Assembly: GCA_033764955.1 (NCBI GenBank)
Contig: JANRIL010000028.1
Coordinates: forward strand, 15,165-79,164
DNA length: 64,000 nt
Source of the DNA: Cyanobacteriota bacterium
GTDB lineage: Bacteria; Cyanobacteriota; Cyanobacteriia; Thermostichales; Thermostichaceae
Direction: 5' to 3'
This document shows, piece by piece, positions 20,492-30,884 of this stretch. How positions within the stretch are numbered: the stretch's first letter is position 1; each line of letters starts with the position of its first letter. The notes below the pieces were generated by a model, which did no database searches, was not told the DNA's origin, and saw nothing but the letters and a program-made list of their open reading frames with translations. The position numbers were made by a program, and so were the translations under genes.

Positions 20492-21265
20492 ATGCGACTC
20501 AAGGAGAAAGTAGCTCTGATCACGGGAGCAGGTAGTGGGATTGGACGGGAGACAGCCCTCCTCTTTGCCCGTGAGGGATCCCGTGTGGTGGTGGTGGATG
20601 TCAACGATGGGGCTGGACAAGAGACGGTAGCGCAGATCCACGCAGAGGGGGGCGAAGCCGTCTACGTTCATGCGGATGTGGGGGTGGCGCAAGCGTGTCA
20701 ACGGATGATTGCCATCGCTGAGGAGCAGTTTGGCCAGTTGAATGTTTTGTTTAACAATGCTGGCATTATGCACAGCCAGGATGACGATGCGGTTTCCACT
20801 TCGGAAGCCGTTTGGGATCTCACCCTCACCATCAACCTGAAGGGGGTATTCCTGGGCTGCAAATATGGGATCCCGGCTTTGCGACGGGCTGGAGGGGGAT
20901 CCATCATCAATACAGCCTCTTTTGTGGCCATTATGGGGGCAGCTACTCCTCAGGTGGCCTATACCGCTAGTAAGGGGGGGGTGTTGGCCCTCACCCGCGA
21001 ATTGGCGATCATTCATGCCCGTGAAAATATCCGTGTCAATGCCCTCTGTCCGGGGCCATTGCGAACCGAACTGTTGATGAAATTCCTCGACACGGAGGAG
21101 AAACAGCAACGACGCTTAGTGCATATTCCGATGGGGCGCTTTGGGGAAGCCCGCGAAATTGCTCAAGCCGCTCTGTTTTTAGCCTCCGATGAGTCGTCGT
21201 TTATAACCGGAACGGACTTTTTGGTAGATGGCGGCATTACCTCCGCCTATGTAACTCCTCTCTAG
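20492..21265 (+). CDS. Short-chain dehydrogenase/reductase
   Basis: TGAGSGIG, NNAG, YTASK, VDGG. Confidence 0.95.
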   Translation: MRLKEKVALITGAGSGIGRETALLFAREGSRVVVVDVNDGAGQETVAQIHAEGGEAVYVHADVGVAQACQRMIAIAEEQFGQLNVLFNNAGIMHSQDDDAVSTSEAVWDLTLTINLKGVFLGCKYGIPALRRAGGGSIINTASFVAIMGAATPQVAYTASKGGVLALTRELAIIHARENIRVNALCPGPLRTELLMKFLDTEEKQQRRLVHIPMGRFGEAREIAQAALFLASDESSFITGTDFLVDGGITSAYVTPL

Positions 21266-21273
21266 GGGCTTGG

Positions 21274-22749
21274 TTAGGCTAGGGGAAATGACAATCCACC
21301 CGATGAATTAGTAGGTGAGGGATTACCCCCCGATGTGGCAGCCTCCGCCGATTCTTGGTGCAACTGATAGAGCTTTTTGAGGGCCTCTTGGGAGCGCTGA
21401 TAATAGGCTTGTAGACCCTGTTGCAGAAACAAATCGGTGGCTTTTTGGGTGTCTACTATCGCCTGTTGGAGGTAGCCCATACTCTGTAAGGCTAGGCCAC
21501 GATTGCCATAGGCTAGGGCAAAGTCGGGTTTAGTGGCAATGGCTTGACTGTAGTGTTCGATAGCGGCGCGGGGATTGCCTACGTCCACATAAATATTGCC
21601 TAGGTTGTAATGGGCTTCGGCATATTGGGGATTGTGGGTGAGAGCCTGCTGATAATCTTGCAAAGCGGCATTAATGTTGCCTTGACGGGCGTAGGCCAAT
21701 CCACGATTGTTATAGGCTTCGGCATAATCCGGCTTGAGCTTGATGGCCTGCTGATAGTCGCGCAGGGCGCGATCCAGTTCTTCCATCTTAGCGTAGGCCA
21801 CTCCTCGGTGATTGTAGGCTTCGGCCAGAGTGGGATCTAAGCGCAACGCCCGCTCCCAGTCATCGAGGGCAGCCCCTATATTGGCCTGCCGATAATGAAT
21901 CAATCCCCGCCGATGATAGGCCAAGGCAAATTTAGGATCGAGCCGCAACGCTTGTGATTGATCGGCAATGGCTTTCGACCACTCTGAGGTTTCCCCGTAG
22001 GCTAATCCCCGTTCACTATAGGCGGTGATCAGCTTAGGGTTGAGGCGGAGGGCTTGGGTATAGTCTCCAATCGCTCCCTCCTGATCCCCTACTTCTAGGC
22101 GGAGGCGGGCACGGTGGCAGTAGAGATTAGGGTTATCGCTATCTAGGCGCAGGGCATAGTTACAGTCTTGCAGGGATCCCCGTAAATCCCCCTGTTGCTG
22201 TCGCAGTTGAGAGCGCCCTTGATACGCCTCGGCATCGTTGGGGTTGATGGAAAGAGCTTGGGTATAGTCAGTGAAGGCTGCAGGATAATTGTTGAGGTGG
22301 CGGTAAAGGGTGGCGCGATGGCGATAGGCTTCCGCCAGTTGCGGAGAGAGGGTGATAGCCTGCGTGAGATCGGCTAAAGCCAGTTGCGGATTCTCCAGGT
22401 GACGATAGGCCAGACCCCGACTCATACAGGATCGGGCGTCCTTAGGGTTGAGCCAAAGTACCTGAGTGAAATCTTCAACAGCCGCCTGAAAATTGCCGAG
22501 GGTGAGGCGTAGGGATCCCCGACTAAAGTAGGCATCCCCATAACGGGGGTTAGCGCGAATCGCTTGGCTCCAGTCTTCTAGGGCGGCTTTGTGATCCCCT
22601 AAAACTAACCGCACTTGTCCGCGGCTATAGTAGGCGGCAGCAAAGTTTTTATCCAGACGAAGGGCTTGATTAAAATCTTGCAATGCCCCCTTTGGATCCC
22701 TGGCCTCTGCTTTGGCTAAACCCCGCTCGTAGTGAGCAACTGCGTCCAT
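21274..22749 (-). CDS. Tetratricopeptide repeat protein
   Basis: About 13 34-aa repeats (AY..RG....A..DY.QAL.L.P). Confidence 0.93.
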   Translation of the reverse strand: MDAVAHYERGLAKAEARDPKGALQDFNQALRLDKNFAAAYYSRGQVRLVLGDHKAALEDWSQAIRANPRYGDAYFSRGSLRLTLGNFQAAVEDFTQVLWLNPKDARSCMSRGLAYRHLENPQLALADLTQAITLSPQLAEAYRHRATLYRHLNNYPAAFTDYTQALSINPNDAEAYQGRSQLRQQQGDLRGSLQDCNYALRLDSDNPNLYCHRARLRLEVGDQEGAIGDYTQALRLNPKLITAYSERGLAYGETSEWSKAIADQSQALRLDPKFALAYHRRGLIHYRQANIGAALDDWERALRLDPTLAEAYNHRGVAYAKMEELDRALRDYQQAIKLKPDYAEAYNNRGLAYARQGNINAALQDYQQALTHNPQYAEAHYNLGNIYVDVGNPRAAIEHYSQAIATKPDFALAYGNRGLALQSMGYLQQAIVDTQKATDLFLQQGLQAYYQRSQEALKKLYQLHQESAEAATSGGNPSPTNSSGGLSFPLA

Positions 22750-23038
22750 ACCTAACCCCCTAGCACGATCAAAATATACTGATGAATATATTGAGACTTA
22801 CATTTTAAGGCTTTAGATTATTTCCGAAGGATCCCTAACAACAGTAGTTTTCACTACCGATCAAACAAATCAACTATAGAGACAGCAAAATCCTATCTGA
22901 GAGGGGGCCAATTTTTAGAGAGCAAATTTACAGAAATGGTTTGGGTGGCGGCGCAGAGAGGTGTGGGTGGTTGTGCGGGATCCCTAACGGTGAAGATATC
23001 CTGATCTCGGTAATCCCCCAGTTCATTAGGATCTCTAG

Positions 23039-23500
23039 ATGTTGTCTACTTTACAGAATCTACCTTTTCCGATTATTCCCCTCTGGGCAGTGGCCATCGC
23101 CATCCTTTTAATTTATGTGCCGATGGTGTGGGTTGCTTGGGAGCGATTTCGCCTGGGCTATAACTTGAGTGCCCCCCGCACTATGTTTGACCAACTGCCC
23201 CCTTATGCTCAACGGGCATTCTGGGCACACCAAAATGCCGTCGAAACCTTTGCTCCGTTTGCGGCAGCGGCAGTGATCGCCTTTGTCACGGGGCCTCACC
23301 CCCAACTGGCGTGGGGACAACTGGGGGGAGATGTCTGGATTGCCGGACTGAGTGGGGGCTTTTTGCTGGCTCGGCTCGGACATAGCCTGTTTTATATGAT
23401 CGATTGGCCCTATGCCCGTTCTTTTAGTTTTTTGCTGGGGGGAATTTGCACAGCAGGGATCCTCTGGATTAGCCTGAGGGAATGGATCCCTTGGGCTTGA
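23039..23500 (+). CDS. MAPEG family membrane protein
   Basis: RAFWAHQNAVE motif, 4 TM helices. Confidence 0.88.
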   Translation: MLSTLQNLPFPIIPLWAVAIAILLIYVPMVWVAWERFRLGYNLSAPRTMFDQLPPYAQRAFWAHQNAVETFAPFAAAAVIAFVTGPHPQLAWGQLGGDVWIAGLSGGFLLARLGHSLFYMIDWPYARSFSFLLGGICTAGILWISLREWIPWA

Positions 23501-23582
23501 GAAGCCTTGTCAATCCCCGTCAGAGTCTTGCCGCCTGCTATTTTATCCAGCGATCTTTCATAGGAGACTTGTGGAGAAACGG

Positions 23583-24110
23583 ATGCCACGCCCCATCTGT
23601 CAGCTAGGGGATCCCATCCTCACCCAACCTGCCACCCCGATTACGGATGTCGGAGATCCGGAGGTGCAACGGCTGATCGCAGATTTGTTGGAGACGATGC
23701 AGGAGGCTGAGGGAGTGGGGATTGCGGCTCCGCAGGTGGGGGTCGGCTTACAACTGCTGATTGTGGCTTCCCGTCCCAACCCCCGCTACCCGACGGCTCC
23801 CCAGATGGATCCCTTGCCCATGATCAACCCCCGTTTGCTGGCGGCTTCGCCAGAACAGGAGTGGGGCTGGGAAGGCTGTTTGAGTGTGCCTAATCAGCGG
23901 GGTTGGCTGGCGCGTGCCCAGTCGGTGGTGGTGGACTATACGACCCTCACCGGAGAATCGGCTAGGGTAGAGTGGCAAGGATTCGTGGCGCGTATTTTTC
24001 AGCATGAGTATGACCACTTGCAGGGTTATGTCTTTTTGCAACGGGATCCCGGTCAACTGCTCAGCGAAGCTGACTATCAACAGCAGGTTTTGGGGGTGGT
24101 GAAATCCTAA
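23583..24110 (+). CDS. def: Peptide deformylase
   Basis: GVGIAAPQ, EGCLS, QHEYDH. Confidence 0.96.
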   Translation: MPRPICQLGDPILTQPATPITDVGDPEVQRLIADLLETMQEAEGVGIAAPQVGVGLQLLIVASRPNPRYPTAPQMDPLPMINPRLLAASPEQEWGWEGCLSVPNQRGWLARAQSVVVDYTTLTGESARVEWQGFVARIFQHEYDHLQGYVFLQRDPGQLLSEADYQQQVLGVVKS

Positions 24111-24167
24111 GTTCATTGGATGCAGTCCCATCTCCCGTTGCCGTCTTGTCCTCATTTCTCTTTTTGT

Positions 24168-24653
24168 ATGAGCTACACCATCATTTATGACGGCACCTGT
24201 AATCTCTGCTCCAATCTGGTGCAGTTTTTAGAAACCATTGACCGGGGGCAACGTTTTGTCTACGTGCCGATGCAGGATGAGCAAGCCCTAGTTCAGTGGC
24301 AGATCACCGCCGCCGATTGTCAACTGGGCATGATCGTGATCAACAATCAACAGCCCCAACAACGCTGGCAGGGCAGTGCGGCAGTAGAAACCATCGCCCG
24401 TCAACTGCCCGTCGGGGATCTGGTAATGGCCGCCTATCGTGGGATCCCTGGGCTGAAATATTGGGGAGACAAAGGCTATGAACAGGTGCGTGACCACCGC
24501 TATGATTGGTTTGGTCGCCGTTCCCAGGTTTATCAGTCCAACTATCCAGCCCCGATGGACTGTGCTGAAAATACCTGTAGCACCGCAACTTTTGCCCCTC
24601 CCGCTCCTGAGTCTCTTTCTTCTGTCCCTCCCGAATGTCCTACACCCTCCTAG
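24168..24653 (+). CDS. DCC-family thiol-disulfide oxidoreductase (DUF393)
   Basis: IIYDGTCNLC DxxCxxC motif; Y..V...RY.WFG. Confidence 0.88.
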   Translation: MSYTIIYDGTCNLCSNLVQFLETIDRGQRFVYVPMQDEQALVQWQITAADCQLGMIVINNQQPQQRWQGSAAVETIARQLPVGDLVMAAYRGIPGLKYWGDKGYEQVRDHRYDWFGRRSQVYQSNYPAPMDCAENTCSTATFAPPAPESLSSVPPECPTPS

Positions 24654-25555
24654 TGGTCGGTAGCCTCAATATGGATCTGGTGGTTCCTGTAGATCACCAT
24701 CCCACCCCCGGAGAGACGGTGCTTGGATCCGATCTCCAAATGTATGCGGGGGGCAAAGGAGCCAATCAAGCGGTGGCGGCGGCTCTGGCGGGAGGAAAAG
24801 TTAGCCTGCTGGGCTGTCTGGGTGAGGATGATTTTGGTCAGCGCCTTCAGGCCAATTTAATAGCGCAGGGGGTCAACACAGCCCACCTCTTCACCACCGG
24901 CATCCCGACGGGAGTGGCGCTGATCACTGTGGATCGGCGGGGGGAAAACATGATTGTGGTCAGCCCTGGTGCCAATCACCATCTCACCCCCGATCGGTTT
25001 TCCCTTGACTACCTGGAGGGAGTGGGGTTGGTGATGCTGCAACTGGAAATTCCTCTGTCTACGGTTGAGGCGGTGGTGAAAGCAGCCCAGGCTCGTCAGA
25101 TCCCCCTCCTGCTCAACCCCGCCCCCGTCCAACCCCTCTCAGCGACTTTGCTCAGCCAGATTGACTATTTAGTGCTCAATGAGTCGGAGGCGGCGTTTTT
25201 GGGAGGGCAACCCGTCACTAGTCCAGCCACAGCTCTACAGGTGGCCAAAAGATTACGGCAATTGGGATCCCGAACGGTCATTATTACCCTGGGGGGAGCG
25301 GGTCTCGTCTGGCAAACGTCCTCCGATCAAGGTTATTTGGCGGCTCACCCGGTGGAGGTGGTAGACACCACGGCGGCGGGAGACAGCTTTTGTGGGGCTT
25401 TCGCCGTTAGCCTCCTAGAAGGCCACCCACTTCATCAAGCCCTTGCCTTTGCCAACGCTGCCGCCGCCCTCACCGTCACCCAAAAGGGATCCCAACCCAG
25501 CTTGCCCCACCGTCAGCAGATCGATGATTTTCTCGCCGATCCGGCAGATTATTGA
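24635..25555 (+). CDS. rbsK: Ribokinase
   Basis: GSLNMD, GGKGANQA, NESE, DTTAAGD. Confidence 0.93.
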   Translation: MSYTLLVVGSLNMDLVVPVDHHPTPGETVLGSDLQMYAGGKGANQAVAAALAGGKVSLLGCLGEDDFGQRLQANLIAQGVNTAHLFTTGIPTGVALITVDRRGENMIVVSPGANHHLTPDRFSLDYLEGVGLVMLQLEIPLSTVEAVVKAAQARQIPLLLNPAPVQPLSATLLSQIDYLVLNESEAAFLGGQPVTSPATALQVAKRLRQLGSRTVIITLGGAGLVWQTSSDQGYLAAHPVEVVDTTAAGDSFCGAFAVSLLEGHPLHQALAFANAAAALTVTQKGSQPSLPHRQQIDDFLADPADY

Positions 25556-25586
25556 CCGCCGGACAACTCCTCCCAACGGTCTCCCC

Positions 25587-26843
25587 CTAATCCGGGATCC
25601 CATGATTGGACGGAAGACTGGGATCTGTTTCGGAGATAGCCGGAGAAGGGGTGGGATTGAGTAGATTGGGTTCCAAGGGAGCGAGTGGATCCGGAGCAAG
25701 CGGATCCGGACTGGTATTCAACTCGCTGGCTGGGCTAGGTTCGGGGGAGACGGCTGGCGGGATCGCTGGGAGATCGCTGGGTAGGCTGGAGGGCGGCTGA
25801 GGGGATCGCGGCAGAAACGGGAGTAAGGAGGGGCTAGGGGAGGGAGATACGACATCTTGACTACGCACCTCTTGGGTTTGGCTAACCTGCAAAACTAGGG
25901 TAAAAGCCTGACTCAATTGACTCAGCACATACTCCTCTAGTAACTGCACCTGCCTGGGGGTAATGGGTTCGTTAGCCCGCACGCTCAGGAGTACCTCTGG
26001 GGGAGATGTCCGCCAGTTAAACTCGGTGTTGAGCAACTGCACCCGTTGAAAGGTGACGGTTCCCCGTAGCAGATTGCGCCGCAGAGCTGTTTCCAGATGG
26101 GCTTGGGTGAGAAGGCGGCTCAAGCTAGCCCCCAGTGGCAGCAGTAGCACCCCCACCAATCCCGCCATCCAGAGGAGGGGAAATCGGGCTTTTTGCAAGT
26201 TGGCATAGCCCATTGCCCAAAACACCACCATACAAGCCAGAGCAATTCCCAACAAATTCGTCAAAAACAGGAGCGTCGCGCCCTGGCTAACCGGCCCATC
26301 CAGTTGAGAAAGCCCCAGCCCAATCACACAAACCGGAGGCATTAAAGCGACGGCAATCGCCACTCCCGCTAAACTGTCAGCAATCTGCGTGCGTACCCGT
26401 GCAAACGCCCCAATTGCCCCCGCCGCCAGTGCTACCCCCAAGTCCAGCAGGTTGGGCTGGGTGCGCGCCAAAATCTCGCTCGTCCAGGATGGCAGATCGA
26501 CCCAGCGCCCCAATAGCCAAGACAGTCCAATGCCACAGCCCGTCCCGACCAAAAGTGAGAAGAGCGCCGTTCGAAACAGGACAACATTACCCGTCAACGC
26601 TCCCAAGGCTACACCGCGAATTGGCAACATCAGGGGAGCCACAATCATCGCCCCAATGATCACCGCTGTACTGTTTGCCAACAACCCCAACGTAGCAATC
26701 ACACAAGAGGAGATGATTAGCATCAGGTAGTTGAGACTGGGGCGGGATTCTTCCAGCAAATCGGCAGCCAATCGAGATCCATCCGCTGGCTGCACCTTAG
26801 CCGGGATCCCAAGTGGATCAGGGGGTGGATGATCGGAGGGCAT
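25587..26843 (-). CDS. DUF389 membrane protein with Pro-rich tail
   Basis: IIGAMIVAPLM, GVAIAVALMPP. Confidence 0.9.
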   Translation of the reverse strand: MPSDHPPPDPLGIPAKVQPADGSRLAADLLEESRPSLNYLMLIISSCVIATLGLLANSTAVIIGAMIVAPLMLPIRGVALGALTGNVVLFRTALFSLLVGTGCGIGLSWLLGRWVDLPSWTSEILARTQPNLLDLGVALAAGAIGAFARVRTQIADSLAGVAIAVALMPPVCVIGLGLSQLDGPVSQGATLLFLTNLLGIALACMVVFWAMGYANLQKARFPLLWMAGLVGVLLLPLGASLSRLLTQAHLETALRRNLLRGTVTFQRVQLLNTEFNWRTSPPEVLLSVRANEPITPRQVQLLEEYVLSQLSQAFTLVLQVSQTQEVRSQDVVSPSPSPSLLPFLPRSPQPPSSLPSDLPAIPPAVSPEPSPASELNTSPDPLAPDPLAPLEPNLLNPTPSPAISETDPSLPSNHGIPD

Positions 26844-26884
26844 AGCAAATTATAAATAGATATAGAGAAGGGGCTGTTCAGAGC

Positions 26885-27166
26885 CTAAACTGAAGTTCCC
26901 TCCAAGAGTCGATCCAACTTGCCCATTGCCTCTAGGTGGTGAATATCATCACACCCCCCCACGTGCTGATCGTTGATGAAAATCTGCGGTAGGGAGCGGC
27001 GACCATGAGCACGTTCCGCCATTTTGGCACGGGCGGCTTCATCGCCATCAATCGCATACTCGGTGTATTTCACCCCTTTTTGATCTAAGAGATGTTTTGC
27101 GCGAATGCAAAAGGGGCAGCTTCGCCAAGTATAGATTTCTACGGTGGCAGGCTGGGGTGCAGACAT
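26885..27166 (-). CDS. grxC: Glutaredoxin 3
   Basis: CPFC, LPQIFI, GGCDD. Confidence 0.95.
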   Translation of the reverse strand: MSAPQPATVEIYTWRSCPFCIRAKHLLDQKGVKYTEYAIDGDEAARAKMAERAHGRRSLPQIFINDQHVGGCDDIHHLEAMGKLDRLLEGTSV

Positions 27167-27478
27167 AGACACTATCAATAATGGAGATAAAATGACTAAG
27201 AATCATACTAACATTCTTGATATAGGAATCTTCTGGAGCAAAATATCCATCAATTAAAAATGGTCTAATAACCTCCCAGATACCCTTGACAACTATACGG
27301 AATCACTTCTATTCAAAATCCCTATCAATCACCAATTTCCACAAGTTTTTTATAAAGAAGCTGGCATAACAGTCGGCCTGGATGGATCGAACTCGGCTCG
27401 TCAATGATGGCCGAGGGATCCCAAAGGATTCCTAAAGGATCCCTATTCGGGCAAACCGGATGACTAGCCAATAAATAG

Positions 27479-28201
27479 CTATTCCGCAAACTCGGCAATA
27501 ACTACGGTAATGTTATCTCTGCCCCCGTGAGCTTTAGCCGCCTCGATCAACTGCATAGGCAGGGTTTCCAGATCCGGAGTTTTTTGGCAAAACTCGGCAA
27601 TCTGGTTATCATCTAGCTCTTCCGTCAGGCCATCACTACAGAGCAATAGGCGATCTCCTACTCGGATCGTCACAGGCTGGACGGCTGGGGATCCAGTATC
27701 CGGTCGCCCCAAACAGCGCTCCAGAATATGCCGCCAGGGATGAGCGCGGGCTTGCTCCACCGTTAACTCCCCTTGCCGGATGGAACGCGCCACCAAGGTA
27801 TGATCTTCCGTCATCTGATCCATCTTGGAGCCACGCAGGCGATAGAGTCGAGAGTCACCGATGTGGGCACTCCAACAATTTTCGTTGGGATCCACCATGA
27901 CAGCGACAACCGTAGTCCCCATATCCGCTCGCTCAGGGTTACGCCGTTGATCCGCCAGAATGGATTGATTGGCCGACTCGACGGCTTCTACCAACAACTG
28001 AGGAGCCTGGACACTTTTCCAGCCCGCCTCGATTTTTTCACGGATGGCCTCTACGGCGAGCAGGCTAGCTGTCGCTCCGGCAGCATGACCACCCATACCA
28101 TCCGCCACGATAAAGAAGCGTCCCTCAGGGTCGCAGTAATAAGCATCCTGATTGTTGCTACGAACTTTTCCAGGATCGGTTGCAGAGGCAAATCGCATCA
28201 C
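27479..28201 (-). CDS. PP2C/PPM Ser/Thr phosphatase
   Basis: RSNNQD, VADGMGG, GDSR, CSDGL, GGRDN. Confidence 0.94.
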   Translation of the reverse strand: MMRFASATDPGKVRSNNQDAYYCDPEGRFFIVADGMGGHAAGATASLLAVEAIREKIEAGWKSVQAPQLLVEAVESANQSILADQRRNPERADMGTTVVAVMVDPNENCWSAHIGDSRLYRLRGSKMDQMTEDHTLVARSIRQGELTVEQARAHPWRHILERCLGRPDTGSPAVQPVTIRVGDRLLLCSDGLTEELDDNQIAEFCQKTPDLETLPMQLIEAAKAHGGRDNITVVIAEFAE

Positions 28202-29928
28202 ATCATTCGCTCTGATCGTTCTAGTCTGATCATGACCCGTATTAGTGCCGCCGCTGCTAGGCTCGCTAACAGAAGGGCAATGAATGCTAAGGTAGCATGA
28301 CTGGCCACAAATAGGTGCGTTCCCGCCAGAATAAACGTACCAAAAAGTAGGGCATAGATAGTTCCCATCCCGAGGGCAGCAATTTTTCGTAAAAGTCGCT
28401 CACTTTCGGTGGCTCTCACCCGTAGCCGCAGATCCCCCTGTTCTAATTTAGAAAGGGTCATTTCGATGCGGCGGGGTAGGCTGAGGCTGGTGCTGGTAAA
28501 TTCCACCGCCTGCCGCCCCACCTGAGTCAGCAGGGTTTCTCCATCCGTCGCATTTAAGGTCAACAATTCGTCCGTAAAAGGACGAGCCACCTCCATAAAA
28601 TTGAAGTCGGGATCCAACCCTTTGCCCAACCCCTCCAGGGTGGTCATGGCTCGCATCACAAAGGTAAAGGTGGCCGGAAAACGAAAGGGCTGATCGTAGG
28701 CCAGCTCATACAGATCCTCACTGATGGCCGTCATGGAGATATTCTCTCCGTCAAAGGGGCGATCCATAAAGTGATCCAGCATGTACTGCACCGAGCGGCG
28801 CACCGGAGCCATGTCCGCCGTTGGCACCAGCGCCCCCAAATCCACTAGCGATTGCACCACCAGATCGCCATTCTTGGAGGCAATGCCCGTCAGGGTAACC
28901 ATCAGCTTTTCTTTGATGTCGGGGCGGATGCGACCCATCATGCCAAAGTCATAAAAAACCAGCGTGCCATCCGGTCTAACAGCAATATTGCCGGGGTGGG
29001 GATCCGCGTGAAAGAAGCCATCCTTGAGCAGTTGCCGCAGGTAGGAATGTGCCCCCAGGCGAGCGATGGCTTTGCGATCCAAACCCGCTGCCGCCAAAGC
29101 CGGATAGTCACTGACTTTGATGCCCGGCATATATTCTAGGGTGAGGAGACGGCGGGAGGTATAGCGCCAGTAGACTCGTGGCACCGCCACCTGGGCGAGA
29201 TCTCGAAAGTTGCGGCGAAAGGTATCGGCGTTCCGTCCTTCATTCAGATAGTCCACCTCTTCCCAGAGGGTGCGGCGACATTCCTCATAGATGCCCACCC
29301 AGTCCCGCCCCCCTTGCCCCCAGCGGGTACGATATTGAAAATATTCGGCAATCCCCCGCAAAATCTCTAGGTCAATCGTAAAGAGGCGGGTCAGGCCGGG
29401 GCGCTGTACCTTGACAACAACTTCTTCCCCTGATTTGAGTTGGGCACGGTGCACCTGCCCCAAACTGGCGGCAGCTAGTGGGGTAGCCTCAAAATAGGCG
29501 TAGATTTCAGGGATGGATTTGCCTAGCTCCTGCTCGACGATGGCGGCAACTTGTTCGTAGCTAAAAGAAGGCACTTTGTCTTGTAGTTTAGCCAGCTCCT
29601 CCACATATTCGCTGGGGAAGAGATCGGCACGGGTGGAAAAAAATTGCCCCACTTTGATGAAGGTTGGCCCCAGGTTGAGGAGGGTTTCCCGAATCCAAAT
29701 GGCACGGGTGCGCCGCCGCTTGGCCTTGCGTTCTGGGGTGGGGGATCCCCCATAGCTCCAGTTTTTTTGGTCAAGCCAACTGTAGTAGAGCAGGGTCAGG
29801 ACAAACCGCCAGATATCGATCAGCCGTCCTTGGCGTGAGTAGCTGTCCCGCGCCCACCGATAGGAGGTGTAGGAGCGGTTAGAGGAAGGGGATCCCAACG
29901 AGCGGGAGGGAAGAACACTGGCACTCAA
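28198..29928 (-). CDS. ABC1/AarF/UbiB atypical kinase
   Basis: LGPTFIKVGQ, AASLGQVH, VKVQRP, HADPHPGN, DFG. Confidence 0.94.
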   Translation of the reverse strand: MSASVLPSRSLGSPSSNRSYTSYRWARDSYSRQGRLIDIWRFVLTLLYYSWLDQKNWSYGGSPTPERKAKRRRTRAIWIRETLLNLGPTFIKVGQFFSTRADLFPSEYVEELAKLQDKVPSFSYEQVAAIVEQELGKSIPEIYAYFEATPLAAASLGQVHRAQLKSGEEVVVKVQRPGLTRLFTIDLEILRGIAEYFQYRTRWGQGGRDWVGIYEECRRTLWEEVDYLNEGRNADTFRRNFRDLAQVAVPRVYWRYTSRRLLTLEYMPGIKVSDYPALAAAGLDRKAIARLGAHSYLRQLLKDGFFHADPHPGNIAVRPDGTLVFYDFGMMGRIRPDIKEKLMVTLTGIASKNGDLVVQSLVDLGALVPTADMAPVRRSVQYMLDHFMDRPFDGENISMTAISEDLYELAYDQPFRFPATFTFVMRAMTTLEGLGKGLDPDFNFMEVARPFTDELLTLNATDGETLLTQVGRQAVEFTSTSLSLPRRIEMTLSKLEQGDLRLRVRATESERLLRKIAALGMGTIYALLFGTFILAGTHLFVASHATLAFIALLLASLAAAALIRVMIRLERSERMM

Positions 29929-30236
29929 GTCGATTGACTCCGATATTTGCGTAGTTCTGAACGAAGCTGAGCCACTTCTGCCCGTAGATCGTCAAGGGTG
30001 GCTTGCAGGTCATCGGTTTTAAGGGGTTGCTGGGTGGGATCCCCGACGGCTAGAGCCTCTTCCTGCTCGGCTCGCTGGATCACATCGAATGCAAACGTTT
30101 GCCATCCCTCCTGCCACTCCAGCAGGGTTTTGCCAAACTCGCTGGCTAGATCGGTGAGGGTATTCTCCATCCGCTCTCTCAACAGATCGGCAGTGGCGCG
30201 ACCAATAAAAAAAGCCCGAACGACAGGGTTGCTCAT
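29925..30236 (-). CDS. Conserved cyanobacterial small coiled-coil protein
   Basis: MSNP..RAFFIGRA, LDDLRAEVAQLR; overlaps the ABC1 kinase start. Confidence 0.8.
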   Translation of the reverse strand: MSNPVVRAFFIGRATADLLRERMENTLTDLASEFGKTLLEWQEGWQTFAFDVIQRAEQEEALAVGDPTQQPLKTDDLQATLDDLRAEVAQLRSELRKYRSQST

Positions 30237-30442
30237 GAGGGGACTCTAGGTTGGGGATTGGAGGATTATTGCTAAGTCTTTACATTGGGTTACTGGAATT
30301 ATATCGAATCTCAGGGATCCCCATCAGCCGAAAAACGCGGGTTTCCTGCGGATTGCTCCATTTTGCCGATAGCCATAGTCAACTACCTGCCCCCGTGGTG
30401 AGCCGTGGACTAGACTAAGTTAGTGGATTAGATTAACGAATC

Positions 30443-30720
30443 ATGAAAACTGTCAACATTTAGAAAGCCAAGGAATCCAAGATAGATCTTCTGCTATCTC
30501 GTGTGAAACTAGGAGATGATTAGGTCTCGACTCGTATGACTCAGTTAGCCGCCAAATCACTAGAAACTACAACCTCTCATGCGTTGCGAGTGTCGGCATT
30601 ACCCTTACGTCATCGGGATCCTTTTGACCACATGCTGATTGCCCAAGCTTAGGTGGAGAATATGCCCCTAGTAATTACAGGCTCGGTATTTCATCGAGTG
30701 TGAGGTCTCTTTAATCTGAG
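30443..30720 (+). pseudogene. Decayed vapBC (Phd antitoxin + PIN toxin) module
   Basis: MKTVNI*KAK...LLSRVKLGDD* then SHALRVSALPLRHRDPFDHMLIAQA*VENMPLV; in-frame stops and an internal deletion. Confidence 0.75.
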
Positions 30721-30884
30721 CCAGTGTTTCATCAAAACCTCCCGGAAAGCGTATCCCTTTGTGAGTAGGGTCGTTGACGTTGATGAGTGAATGGAGAGTT
30801 TCTGAGATATTGACCCCTGGCGCACGGAAAGTTTACCTGTGAATGTTCGAGCTTAATGGCAGCGGATCGCTGAAAATGCTGGGG

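Noticed and set aside
20393..21109. 238-aa antisense ORF
   Set aside because: Shadow frame opposite a clear SDR gene, a common artefact.
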